Below are positions 9,661-18,466 of a stretch of 50,596 nucleotides of DNA, one piece after another (position 1 is the stretch's first letter; every line of letters starts with the position of its first letter). A program made the position numbers and the translations under genes. Source of the stretch: a virus (taxonomy: Duplodnaviria; Caudoviricetes); IMG/VR virus record IMGVR_UViG_3300048849_000152, positions 1 to 50,596 of that record, one strand, 5' to 3'. The notes below the pieces were generated by a model that did no database searches, was not told the DNA's origin, and saw only the letters and a list, made by a program, of their open reading frames with translations.

Positions 9661-10337
9661 GCAGCATGGATCTCTACGAGGACGGCTTCCCGCACGGCAC
9701 GAAGGAGGGGTACGAGCGCGGCTGCAAGTCCGCGGCGTGCCCGAACGCGTTCGAGGGCGAGACGATCTGCCGTGACGCGTTCATGCGCTACAACCGCGAC
9801 TACGCGTATCGGAAGGCCGTCGACGCGGGGGAGACTCCTCCGCCGGAGTTCCCGGCGCCGGCACCCACGTCGGGCGGACCGGCAGCTGAGGTTCGCGTGT
9901 TCCCTGAGCCGACCGTCACCGCGGTCGACAGTGTCGAACCGCTGCCAGAGCCGGAGCCTGAGGTCGCTCGAAAGCGCGCCCCGAAAACGGTCCCGGTGCA
10001 CCCCTCTCCGGCGATGTACCAGCGCGGGTGCCGGAAGGACAACGACTGCCCGTCCTTCCTGGCCGGAGGGATCTCGTGTCGTCGTGCTCGCCTCGACTAT
10101 GTGAAGGCTCGCGGGGAGATCGTGCGCGCCGAGCGTGAGGCCGCGGGCTCGCAGTTCGACCGCGTCGACGTCGCCGTCACCGCGCCTGCCGAGGATGAGC
10201 CAAGACCGGAGTCGGCCGTTGAGCAGCTACTTACGGCGATCACCTCAGATTCCTCTGTGGAGTGCACGGTGACGGTGCTGCCGTCGGGTGCGCTCGTGGT
10301 GGTCATCCGCATCCCAGCTCAGGTGGTGGCGGCATGA
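9657..10337 (+). CDS. Protein with two H-Y-RGC-C-C putative zinc motifs
   Basis: PHGTKEGYERGC..C..C and VHPSPAMYQRGC..C..C. Confidence 0.7.
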   Translation: MSSMDLYEDGFPHGTKEGYERGCKSAACPNAFEGETICRDAFMRYNRDYAYRKAVDAGETPPPEFPAPAPTSGGPAAEVRVFPEPTVTAVDSVEPLPEPEPEVARKRAPKTVPVHPSPAMYQRGCRKDNDCPSFLAGGISCRRARLDYVKARGEIVRAEREAAGSQFDRVDVAVTAPAEDEPRPESAVEQLLTAITSDSSVECTVTVLPSGALVVVIRIPAQVVAA

Positions 10338-10348
10338 GCCGGGATGAG

Positions 10349-10624
10349 TCAGACCTCGCGGACGTCCCGGTCTTGGTTGTAGACGGCTATCTCTCCGCGC
10401 TTGATTCCTCGGACCACTTCGCTGAGGCAGTCGGTCAAGTCGTCGATGGCTGCCGAGAGCTGCTCAACGGCCTTGGCGACGTCGCCGTTCTGGAGAAGGA
10501 CCCTGGCGTCCGTCGTGTTGGTCATTGCCGACTTCAGAGCCGCATAATCGACGGCGATTGGACCGGTGTGACGTCCCCGATCGGTCACGGGCTCGTTCTC
10601 GTCGTAGACCTTGAGGTTCTTCAT
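10349..10624 (-). CDS. Antisense moron, 91-aa hypothetical protein
   Basis: TAGAGT -10 six nt before ATG; flanked by a 15-bp direct repeat. Confidence 0.65.
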   Translation of the reverse strand: MKNLKVYDENEPVTDRGRHTGPIAVDYAALKSAMTNTTDARVLLQNGDVAKAVEQLSAAIDDLTDCLSEVVRGIKRGEIAVYNQDRDVREV

Positions 10625-10650
10625 GTCCGCACTCTATCGGCGGTGGCGGC

Positions 10651-12315
10651 ATGAGCTACACATTCATCGACGACTACGCGGGCGCAGGGGGCAGCTCCCA
10701 GGGTCTCCGCGAGGCTGGCCTCGAACTCGTGCAGGCCGCGAACCACAGTGCTCGAGCGATCGAGACGCACGCCACGAACTTCCCGCACGCCGATCACCTC
10801 CAGACCGATCTCTTGATCTACAACATGCGCAAGCGGCCACGCGCGGACGTCTACTGGGCGTCGCCGGAGTGCACCTGGCACTCGCCGGCGGGTGGCCGGA
10901 AGCGGAAGCGGCAAATGCTCGACATGTTCGACGAGTACGTTCCCGACGAGGCGGGCGAGCGGTCTCGGCTCACGATGATGCAGGTCGTCGCGTTCGCCGA
11001 GGCGAAGCGGCCGAAGATCGTGATGGTCGAGAACGTGATCGAGGTCGCGGACTGGGAACTGTTCGAGTCGTGGCTGCACTCCATGACCGCGCTCGGTTAC
11101 GAGCACCAGATCATGTCCGTCTCGGCGGCACACATTTGGTCAGAAACGAACGACCCGGCGCCGCAGTGGCGCGATCGCGTCTACTTCGTCTTCTACCAGC
11201 GAGGCATCCCGTTCCCCGACATCCAGCCGCGGCCGCTCGCCTTCTGCCCAGACTGCGGTGAAGACGTGCGCGCGCGGCAGTCATGGAAGCGCGCCGACCG
11301 GCGCCGCATCGGGAAGTACCGCAAGCAGTACACCTACGTCTGCCCCTCGGACGGTCACCCAGCGCGCGACGTCGAGCCGTGGGTGCTCCCGGCGATCGCC
11401 GCGATCGACACAACCGACATCGGCACCACGATCGGATCGCGTTCCCGGCCGATTGCCGAATCGACACTGCGGCGGGCGTGGGTCGGGCGGCAGCAGCTGC
11501 AGCAGCGCGAGATGGTCGTTGCAGCAGCGGGCCAGACTTACGACTCGGCTACTCACCGCCACCGCCGGTTCGGTGACCCGACCGCCTACGTGCGCGCCCA
11601 GGGTGTCGACTCTCCGCTCTTCGCGCGGACCGGCACCCCTGGTGATGCCTATGTGATTGCGACGCACCATGGCGGCGGAGACCCGCGCGCGCTTGATCCA
11701 CGGGCTGTGCCGCTGCCGACCCGTTCGACGAAGCTCGGAGAGGCATTCGTCACCGTGCTCCGGAACAACTCGGGCCCGATCGATGTCAGCGGCGATCCCC
11801 TGCAGACGATCGCGGCCGGTGGCAACCACCACGCTCTGACGCTGGTCGAGCCGTTCGTGACGCGTCACTACTCGCAGAGGGGTGGCGAAGGGTCGCTCTC
11901 ACGACGTCTGGACGAGCCTCTCGGCTCGATCACCGGGACAGGCGGTAATCACTCGCTTGTGGTGCCGTACAGGAAGGGCATGGTCGCGAAGAGCGCCCAG
12001 CTCGAACCGCTCCCGACCGCGACGACCGTCGACTGGGCGGCGCTCGCGCACGGGTCGGCCGAGGGTGAGCCGATACCGCCTGTCGAGAAGCTGCGGGAGC
12101 TGATGGCGGATTGGTACTTCCGGATGCTGCAGTGGCGTGAGCACGCCAACGCACAGCGTTTCCCGCGCGACTACATCTTCACCGGCAATCAGGGCGAGAA
12201 CACCCTCATGGCGGGCAACGCGGTCGCTTCGAACGTTGCTCACTACCTCGGTCTCCTCGCGATCATGGCGCTCGACGGCCTTCGGGTCGATCAGTTCGAG
12301 GATGTGGCCGCATGA
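10651..12315 (+). CDS. Orphan DNA (cytosine-5)-methyltransferase
   Basis: Motif I YAGAGG, catalytic SPEC, ENV, QxRxR, C-terminal GNAV. Confidence 0.92.
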   Translation: MSYTFIDDYAGAGGSSQGLREAGLELVQAANHSARAIETHATNFPHADHLQTDLLIYNMRKRPRADVYWASPECTWHSPAGGRKRKRQMLDMFDEYVPDEAGERSRLTMMQVVAFAEAKRPKIVMVENVIEVADWELFESWLHSMTALGYEHQIMSVSAAHIWSETNDPAPQWRDRVYFVFYQRGIPFPDIQPRPLAFCPDCGEDVRARQSWKRADRRRIGKYRKQYTYVCPSDGHPARDVEPWVLPAIAAIDTTDIGTTIGSRSRPIAESTLRRAWVGRQQLQQREMVVAAAGQTYDSATHRHRRFGDPTAYVRAQGVDSPLFARTGTPGDAYVIATHHGGGDPRALDPRAVPLPTRSTKLGEAFVTVLRNNSGPIDVSGDPLQTIAAGGNHHALTLVEPFVTRHYSQRGGEGSLSRRLDEPLGSITGTGGNHSLVVPYRKGMVAKSAQLEPLPTATTVDWAALAHGSAEGEPIPPVEKLRELMADWYFRMLQWREHANAQRFPRDYIFTGNQGENTLMAGNAVASNVAHYLGLLAIMALDGLRVDQFEDVAA

Positions 12316-12740
12316 AGCCCACAACGGCTCTCCGCTTCGACACCTACGACCGTGACGGCTTCCGCTGCGCCGCATGCGGGGCGACCGAGCCTCTCGAGTT
12401 CCAGCACCGCGCCGCCGTCGGGCAAGGCGGGTCGAAGATCGCGCCACTCCCGGCCGAGGGCCTGACGCTCTGCTCACGCTGTAACAACGAGGCCGAGCAT
12501 GCCGGTCAGACGTCGGCGCTGTTCCACGGGTGGAAGATCCGCCGCTGGGTGCCGGCGCGGTTCGGCGCCGACAAGGTGCCTGTCTTCTACGCCGCCGAGC
12601 GCGCGTGGTGGCAGCTGACGCCGATGGGGGAGCGGTTCGAGGTGTCGACCGCTCGGGTCGGGTCGTTGATGGCGGAGGTCTACGGCGACGAGTGGGCCGG
12701 GTGGGCTCGGGAGCTGCGAGAGGCCGGTGCGTTCCGGTGA
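12312..12740 (+). CDS. HNH endonuclease-like protein
   Basis: RDGFRCAACG...QHR...LCSRCN. Confidence 0.8.
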   Translation: MKPTTALRFDTYDRDGFRCAACGATEPLEFQHRAAVGQGGSKIAPLPAEGLTLCSRCNNEAEHAGQTSALFHGWKIRRWVPARFGADKVPVFYAAERAWWQLTPMGERFEVSTARVGSLMAEVYGDEWAGWARELREAGAFR

Positions 12741-12880
12741 GCGTCGACAAGCAGCTTCTGCTGCTGTGGCTCGCGACTCGTGCGACGACGGAGGGCGCGG
12801 TCGTGGGTGCGATCTACGACGGACTGATCTCGCGTGTGAAGCGCGGAGATTTCGATGAGGAGGAGGTGAAGGGTCAGTGA
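12737..12880 (+). CDS. Small hypothetical protein
   Basis: GTGA overlaps at both ends. Confidence 0.6.
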   Translation: MSVDKQLLLLWLATRATTEGAVVGAIYDGLISRVKRGDFDEEEVKGQ

Positions 12881-13608
12881 GCACGAAGATCTCGAATTGG
12901 GCGTGGCACGACCCGGCGACACAGCACCTGCGCGGCAACGCTGCGATGGCGCTGCTCGCCCTGGCGGACATCGCTGATGACGACGGCCACGTGGTCTACG
13001 CAAGGGGCGCGAAGCGGACTCAGGAGGCGTTAGCGAAGAAGGCTCGGATGTCGGTTGCGACGTTCCGGCGAGTGACGGCCGATCTGGTTGCGCAGGGATT
13101 TCTCGAGGTGACTCGGGAGTCGCAGCGGACGGAGAACGAGTACCGCGTGCTGATGACCGCTCAATCTGAGCGCTCCAATTTGAGCGGTCAGAGCGCTCAT
13201 AGCTATGAGCGGTCAGAGCGCTCACCTGGTGAGCGGTCATCGGCTGTCACTCCTCTTATAGGACATATAGACGTAGAAGAACGTGTTGTTCCGCGCAAGC
13301 GCGGCACACGCATCCCGGACCCGTTCCTGGTGACCGCTGAGATGCGTTCGTGGGCCGCGGATCACACCCCTCTCGTGAATGTCGACAGGTGCACGCTGCG
13401 TTTCGTGAACTACTGGCGGGCGAAGACGGGCAGGGATGCGACGAAGCTCGATTGGGAGCGGACCTGGCAGAACTGGCTGTTGAAGGATCAGGAGGATCAG
13501 GAGCGCCGGCCGGGTGTGAAGCAGACGACGGTGGATCACGGGCGTGAGGTCGACCGCATCCTCCGGGAACACGCTGCGACATCCGAGCACCTGGCGGTGA
13601 CCGCATGA
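12877..13608 (+). CDS. Replication initiator (wHTH N-terminus, internal iterons)
   Basis: LLALADIADDDG, LAKKARMS HTH, C-terminal KLDWERTWQNW; upstream of loader and helicase. Confidence 0.85.
   Translation: MSTKISNWAWHDPATQHLRGNAAMALLALADIADDDGHVVYARGAKRTQEALAKKARMSVATFRRVTADLVAQGFLEVTRESQRTENEYRVLMTAQSERSNLSGQSAHSYERSERSPGERSSAVTPLIGHIDVEERVVPRKRGTRIPDPFLVTAEMRSWAADHTPLVNVDRCTLRFVNYWRAKTGRDATKLDWERTWQNWLLKDQEDQERRPGVKQTTVDHGREVDRILREHAATSEHLAVTA
13154..13239. repeat. Iterons / probable phage replication origin
   Basis: TGAGCGGTCA at 13181, 13206 and 13230 plus inverted copy 13154-13163; 19-bp direct repeat TGAGCGGTCAGAGCGCTCA; AT-richer tract follows. Confidence 0.75.
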
Positions 13609-13994
13609 TCGCCGCTGAGGTGAACGTGTTCCTGACGCGGGCGGCGCTGCTGGACCCGAGGATGAAGCGGGTCGATCCGCGCGAGCAGGCCGACATGTCG
13701 ATCGCCTGGGCGGACGTCCTCGACGACGTGTCGCTCGAGGTCGCTCTCGCTGCCCTGAAGACGCACTACCGATCGTCGTCGGACACGATCACGCCCGCAC
13801 GGGTCATCGAACTCGCCCCAGGAGTCACAGCAGCGGTGCTGCCGGACATCACCGCGGAGATCGTAGCGGAGTCGAAGCGTGAGCAGCTCGCCGCCGCCGG
13901 CGTGACCGAAGCCGAGTTCCTGGCCAACCAGCACGACGCCGCGTGGGTGGCCGCGCGGTTCGCAACCCGAGAGATCGAGGCCACGGATGCTTGA
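13605..13994 (+). CDS. Putative helicase loader/inhibitor
   Basis: AWADVLDD...A..HY...ITPA pattern; lies between initiator and DnaB. Confidence 0.65.
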   Translation: MIAAEVNVFLTRAALLDPRMKRVDPREQADMSIAWADVLDDVSLEVALAALKTHYRSSSDTITPARVIELAPGVTAAVLPDITAEIVAESKREQLAAAGVTEAEFLANQHDAAWVAARFATREIEATDA

Positions 13995-15351
13995 CACCTA
14001 CCAGCCCACCGACGCCGACGCCCCCGGAGAGGACGGCGGCCGCGAGCAACCGTTCGACCTTCTGGCCGAGCGGTTTGTGCTGGGCTCGATGCTCCTCACC
14101 CGCGACGCCGTCGATGACGTGTTCGACGAAATGACGATCCACGACTTCTACCTCCCGAAGCACCAGGTCATCGCAGAGTCCATCACCAGCCTGTTCGCGG
14201 CCGGTGCGCCGACCGATCCGATCTCGGTGAACGACGACCTCACGAAGCGGGGCGCGCTCACTCACGCCGGCGGCCCGACGGAGGTGTTCGATCTGCAGGG
14301 CGCGCCGTCGACGTCGGCGAACGCCGGCTACTACGCCCGCCTCGTGCACGAGCACGCCGTGCGCCGTCGGGTGATCGAGTCGGCATCCAGGATGATGCAA
14401 TCGGCCTACAACCGCGACCGAGACGTCGCCGACGTCGTCGAAGCGGCACGCGCCGAGGTCGACACCGTCGAGACGGGGCGGCGCCGATCGGTCCGGATGG
14501 TGGGGGAGACCATCGACCAGCTGGCACAGAAGCTGGACACCGCCCCGACCTACACGCCGACGCCGTGGACGTCGATCGACAAGATCATCGGCGGTTTCGC
14601 GCCCGGGTCGTTCTACGTCATCGCCGCCCGCCCCGGGTCGGGCAAGACGATCGCGCTGCTGCAGTGCGCGACGGCGCTTGCGCACGTGGGGACGGTGGCG
14701 TTCTCGTCGATCGAGATGGCGGAGGAGGAACTGCAGAAGCGGCTCATCGCCCAGTACGGGCCCCTGCACCAGACCATCATCCGGAACCACGCGTTGACGA
14801 AGGCGGACTGGGAGACGTTCGCGTTCGCCCGCTCCCGCATCGTCGGCGCCCCGATCGCGATCGATGACCGCGGTGCCGTCACCATGGCCGACATCCGCGC
14901 CCACGCCCGCGCGACCGCCCGCCGGGGGAAGCTCGCCGGCATCGCCGTCGACTACCTGCAACTGGTCGAGGGCGAGGGCCAGGACCGCCGCGTCGTCGTC
15001 GACAACGTGTCGCGGGCCCTGAAGCAGCTCGCGAAGGACTTCAACGTCCCGGTGATCGCGGCCGCGCAGCTGCGGCGCGCGCAACCGCAGAAGGGCAAGC
15101 AGCGGGTGCTCCCGACCCTTGCTGACCTGCGCGAGGCCGGCGGTATCGAACAAAACGCCGACGTCGTCATGCTCCTCGACCGCGGGGTCGAGGAGGAAGC
15201 ACGAAACCTGACCGTGGTGGTGGCGAAGAACCGGCACGGCGAAGAGAAGCAGGTCACGTTGCGGTGGGAGGCCGAATACGCCCGCGTGGTCGACCGGAAA
15301 TGGTCACCGACCGCGCTCATCGATGAGAACGAACTGAGGAGAGAGCAATGA
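13987..15351 (+). CDS. dnaB: DnaB-like replicative helicase
   Basis: AERFVLGSML, AARPGSGKT, SIEM, VDYLQL, QLRR, DLREAGGIEQNAD, KNRHG. Confidence 0.96.
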   Translation: MLDTYQPTDADAPGEDGGREQPFDLLAERFVLGSMLLTRDAVDDVFDEMTIHDFYLPKHQVIAESITSLFAAGAPTDPISVNDDLTKRGALTHAGGPTEVFDLQGAPSTSANAGYYARLVHEHAVRRRVIESASRMMQSAYNRDRDVADVVEAARAEVDTVETGRRRSVRMVGETIDQLAQKLDTAPTYTPTPWTSIDKIIGGFAPGSFYVIAARPGSGKTIALLQCATALAHVGTVAFSSIEMAEEELQKRLIAQYGPLHQTIIRNHALTKADWETFAFARSRIVGAPIAIDDRGAVTMADIRAHARATARRGKLAGIAVDYLQLVEGEGQDRRVVVDNVSRALKQLAKDFNVPVIAAAQLRRAQPQKGKQRVLPTLADLREAGGIEQNADVVMLLDRGVEEEARNLTVVVAKNRHGEEKQVTLRWEAEYARVVDRKWSPTALIDENELRREQ

Positions 15352-15590
15352 GCATCACGCAGATTATCGAGATCGACATCATCAAGGTCGAAGTCAACGA
15401 CGAGTGCCGGATCGACGTCACGTCCGCAAGGAAGACGGTCGACCTGTCGCCAGCCGAGGCGCAGCAGCTCGCTGCCGAGCTCACAGTCGCCGCTGCAGAC
15501 GCGTTGGCGCTGCTCGCTGAACAGGACGTGCAGCGGGCGCTGCGGGATCGTGAGAACGGGTTGATCGCAGCCGACCGGGTGGCCTCATGA
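15348..15590 (+). CDS. Hypothetical protein
   Basis: ATGA-coupled; LSPAEAQQLAAEL. Confidence 0.65.
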   Translation: MSITQIIEIDIIKVEVNDECRIDVTSARKTVDLSPAEAQQLAAELTVAAADALALLAEQDVQRALRDRENGLIAADRVAS

Positions 15591-15814
15591 GCGAGGGGCC
15601 GATCAAGCGGGAACGTGAAGCGTTCGCTTCCCCGCGGGTGACGAACACAGCGTCGACGGCGGTGCACGCTCGCGGCAGGGCCGGTCGTGGGTACTGCGGC
15701 CGCCGCGCGACAGTGCCGGCTACGTCGTGGGATGCGGTGACGTGCTCTGACTGTCACGCCGCTCACCGAGCCGACCAGGAAACCCTGAACCTTCGAAAGG
15801 ACGGCCAGTCATGA
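15587..15814 (+). CDS. Small putative zinc-binding protein
   Basis: H...CG...VTCSDC; coupled. Confidence 0.65.
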   Translation: MSEGPIKREREAFASPRVTNTASTAVHARGRAGRGYCGRRATVPATSWDAVTCSDCHAAHRADQETLNLRKDGQS

Positions 15815-16140
15815 CCCTGGGTTGGCACGAGTACATCACCTCAGTCTCAGCAGAGACGCGCATCGCATACGTCTACGAAGACGGCACGATCTACTTTCCC
15901 GAGGGCGGTGACCCCGAAGATTTCACTCTGGCCAACGCCTCGGGAACGGTCTACCCGCTTGTCCGAGCAGAGCCCGCCACCCTGGCAAACGAGTTCGCTC
16001 GCGCCTATGTCGGGACCTGTGACTTCGGGGACTGTGACGATCCCACCGAGGCGATCGTCTATGCCGAGAGCCCAGGCGAGTATCTGTCGATGTGCGCCGG
16101 CCACGCCGTCACCACCCTGAACCACGAGAAGGAGGGCTGA
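15811..16140 (+). CDS. Hypothetical cassette gene
   Basis: Coupled; C-x4-C...C-x2-H; ends NHEKEG. Confidence 0.65.
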   Translation: MTLGWHEYITSVSAETRIAYVYEDGTIYFPEGGDPEDFTLANASGTVYPLVRAEPATLANEFARAYVGTCDFGDCDDPTEAIVYAESPGEYLSMCAGHAVTTLNHEKEG

Positions 16141-16447
16141 GCGATGCAGATCGCGGATGCTGAAAAGCTGTCGGAGCTGATGGAGGACTGCTACGAGATG
16201 GCGGTAGGCACGAAGGACGGCGAGCTGCTGCTCATCGCCTCGGGCGAGGACTGGTACTTCTACCAGGGCGTGCCGACCGAGTCTGACGAGGCCGGCGTGG
16301 AATTCGACCAGCGGAACGGCGACATCGAACGTCTCGACGCCATGCACTGGCCGCTCGAGTACCTCGGCTGTGCGCTGGTGGGCGACCATGATCGCATCGT
16401 CGCCGCCCTGAATCGCACGTCCGACAACCACGAGAAGGAGGGCTGAG
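16120..16447 (+). repeat. 22-bp direct repeat at consecutive gene ends
   Basis: AACCACGAGAAGGAGGGCTGAG at 16120-16141 and 16426-16447. Confidence 0.9.
16144..16446 (+). CDS. Hypothetical acidic cassette gene
   Basis: AAGGAGG RBS from the repeat; ends NHEKEG. Confidence 0.7.
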   Translation: MQIADAEKLSELMEDCYEMAVGTKDGELLLIASGEDWYFYQGVPTESDEAGVEFDQRNGDIERLDAMHWPLEYLGCALVGDHDRIVAALNRTSDNHEKEG

Positions 16448-16449
16448 GG

Positions 16450-16677
16450 GTGGCAGTCACAGCGGAGCAGGAAGTCGACCAGATCAAGCGCTCACTCGAC
16501 TCGCTAGGCCTCAGCGCTCTAGTGATCTACGACGTAGCCAAAGTGCTGCCGCACCCGTATGACGCGGTCAGCGACATGGCGAACCACTGGGCGCATGACT
16601 TCATCGGTTGCGCTCAGCACATCATCGCGGTGTTGGAGCGAGACCTGAATCGCTCGAATGTGGGAGGCGACGAATGA
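16450..16677 (+). CDS. Hypothetical cassette gene
   Basis: AAGGAGG RBS from the repeat; ATGA overlap downstream. Confidence 0.65.
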   Translation: MAVTAEQEVDQIKRSLDSLGLSALVIYDVAKVLPHPYDAVSDMANHWAHDFIGCAQHIIAVLERDLNRSNVGGDE

Positions 16678-17396
16678 CGACCCTGTGCATCAATCACCCC
16701 TGGCTGGTGGTCAGCGAAGACGACGACGTGTGCGTGATCGCACCGAACGTGGAAGCCCGCTTCGGGTGCCTCTGCGGCCCCTGCTACGGCCGCGTCCGCT
16801 GGATGCTCCGGCAGACCCCGCAGCTGGTCGCGCACATCCGTGCCCAGGTCACCCCGACGGTGCAGGCGGCCGCGTACGGTGCGAAGGTCGGCGGCACCCC
16901 CGAACGGCGCCTCCCGATGCGCGAGCAGGCGGTGGAGGACGCCGACGACCTCTTCTCCCAGCTGGCGAACTGGATGCTCACCTTCGCCGACGTCCTTCAC
17001 GTCACCGGCCCGTATGCGACCCTCCCATACCGGGGTGAGGAAGACGGGGCGACCAGGCTGCCGCCGTTCGCCCTCGACCAGGCCGGCGCACACCGGGCCG
17101 TCGAGAACCTCGTCGAGTGGTACGAGAAGCGGGAACTCGCGATCGTCACCGCCACCGCACCCCTGGACGTGCGCGCCTGGATCGACGACCTCACCGAATA
17201 CACCGGCCGCCTCCATGGCCGTTACCCGGACGCCCCGAGGAAGCCGCGGTCGGCGAAACCGCGGGTGTGCCCGGTGTGCGAGGAGCGGGCGGTGGTGGCC
17301 ACGTTCCTCGCGGCCGGCGCCGAGGTCGCGTGCACACACTGCGGGTGGACGGCCGACGAGCACGAGGTTGACCAGTACGTCGATTGGAGCGAATGA
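16674..17396 (+). CDS. Zinc-ribbon phage protein
   Basis: LCGPC, CPVC, CTHCG motifs; GGAGG RBS. Confidence 0.75.
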   Translation: MTTLCINHPWLVVSEDDDVCVIAPNVEARFGCLCGPCYGRVRWMLRQTPQLVAHIRAQVTPTVQAAAYGAKVGGTPERRLPMREQAVEDADDLFSQLANWMLTFADVLHVTGPYATLPYRGEEDGATRLPPFALDQAGAHRAVENLVEWYEKRELAIVTATAPLDVRAWIDDLTEYTGRLHGRYPDAPRKPRSAKPRVCPVCEERAVVATFLAAGAEVACTHCGWTADEHEVDQYVDWSE

Positions 17397-17893
17397 TGCG
17401 AGTACTCACCGTGAGGCAACCATGGGCGTGGGCGATCATCCATGGCGGCAAGGACGTCGAGAACCGGGTGCGGAACCTTGCCGGCGACTACCGCGGCCCA
17501 GTCGCCATCCACGCCGGTCTGAGCGTCGAGGAGGAAGACTCAGCCGTCTGGGACTTCGACGAGTACCGAGACGCCTTCTCGCGCGCCACAGCACCCGTGC
17601 GGCACGTAGTCGACGTGCGAGGCGCGATCCTCGGTGTCGTCGACCTCGTAGACGTTCACAGCGCCTCAGTCATCGGCGGGTGCGGCAGGCTGCGCCACGA
17701 CTGTCCTGAGCACGGCACATGCCGTGTGCACTGTTCGACGTGGGCAATGGGCCCGACTGCTGACGGATGGTTCAAGCACCTCGTGCTCGCCAACCCGAGG
17801 CCACTCGCCACCCCGATCCCGTTCAAGGGTGCGCTCGGGCTCCGTACCCTGCCCGACGACGTCGAGGCCGCCATTCGAGAGCAGGTGAAGTGA
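17393..17893 (+). CDS. ASCH-domain protein
   Basis: LTVRQPWAWAIIHGGKDVENR...YRGPVAIHAG...KGALGL. Confidence 0.9.
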   Translation: MMRVLTVRQPWAWAIIHGGKDVENRVRNLAGDYRGPVAIHAGLSVEEEDSAVWDFDEYRDAFSRATAPVRHVVDVRGAILGVVDLVDVHSASVIGGCGRLRHDCPEHGTCRVHCSTWAMGPTADGWFKHLVLANPRPLATPIPFKGALGLRTLPDDVEAAIREQVK

Positions 17894-17945
17894 TGGCCAT
17901 CATCATCACGGTGATCTGCGCTCCCAGCACGCCGAGGGTGTTCCC

Positions 17946-18458
17946 GTGAGCACGCCGGGTGCACACTCGAATGGTGGGGCACAGGGAGGTGTCGGGCATG
18001 AGCGAAGCGGACTACCAGTACTGGAAAGCGTTCGAGCGGAGAGCGGAGCTGCGGAAATGGGACCGGATACCGGAACCCCCACCACGCCCCACCGAGTCCA
18101 GCTCTCCCGAAAGCGGGGATGGCGGAAGCCAGACAACACGGTCGTAGTCGCCCGACCATCGAAGTGGGGCAACCCGTTCCGCATCGAGCGCGTGCAGTGC
18201 AGCGTTCCGTCCGGTGGACTCTGTTACGAGGTTCGGTTGAACGGCGTCGTCTACGCGGATCACCTGGACTCCGTCGAGCGCGCACGCGAACGCGCCGTCG
18301 AACTGTTCTCCCTCCACACCGGCCCGATGGGGGTCATCGAATGGGACGACGACCAACTAAAGCGCGTGCGCGACGAGCTCGGCGGGAAGAACCTGGCGTG
18401 CTGGTGCCCGCCTGGGCCCTGCCACGCTGACGTGCTCCTCGAGATCGCGAACAGATGA
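17946..18458 (+). CDS. DUF4326-like protein (start uncertain, possibly 18057)
   Basis: RPSKWGNPF...LGGKNLACWCPPGPCHADVL. Confidence 0.85.
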   Translation: MSTPGAHSNGGAQGGVGHERSGLPVLESVRAESGAAEMGPDTGTPTTPHRVQLSRKRGWRKPDNTVVVARPSKWGNPFRIERVQCSVPSGGLCYEVRLNGVVYADHLDSVERARERAVELFSLHTGPMGVIEWDDDQLKRVRDELGGKNLACWCPPGPCHADVLLEIANR

Positions 18459-18466
18459 CGGGCGGG

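Noticed and set aside
2985-15590. Recurring GTGGC..RTGA at gene ends as a mobile repeat
   Set aside because: Explained by SD-like sequence plus stop/start overlap for translational coupling; only the exact 15-bp pair at 10325/10642 was kept
16120-16447. CRISPR array
   Set aside because: Only two copies, about 300 bp apart, within coding ends; no cas genes; no regularly spaced array seen in the window
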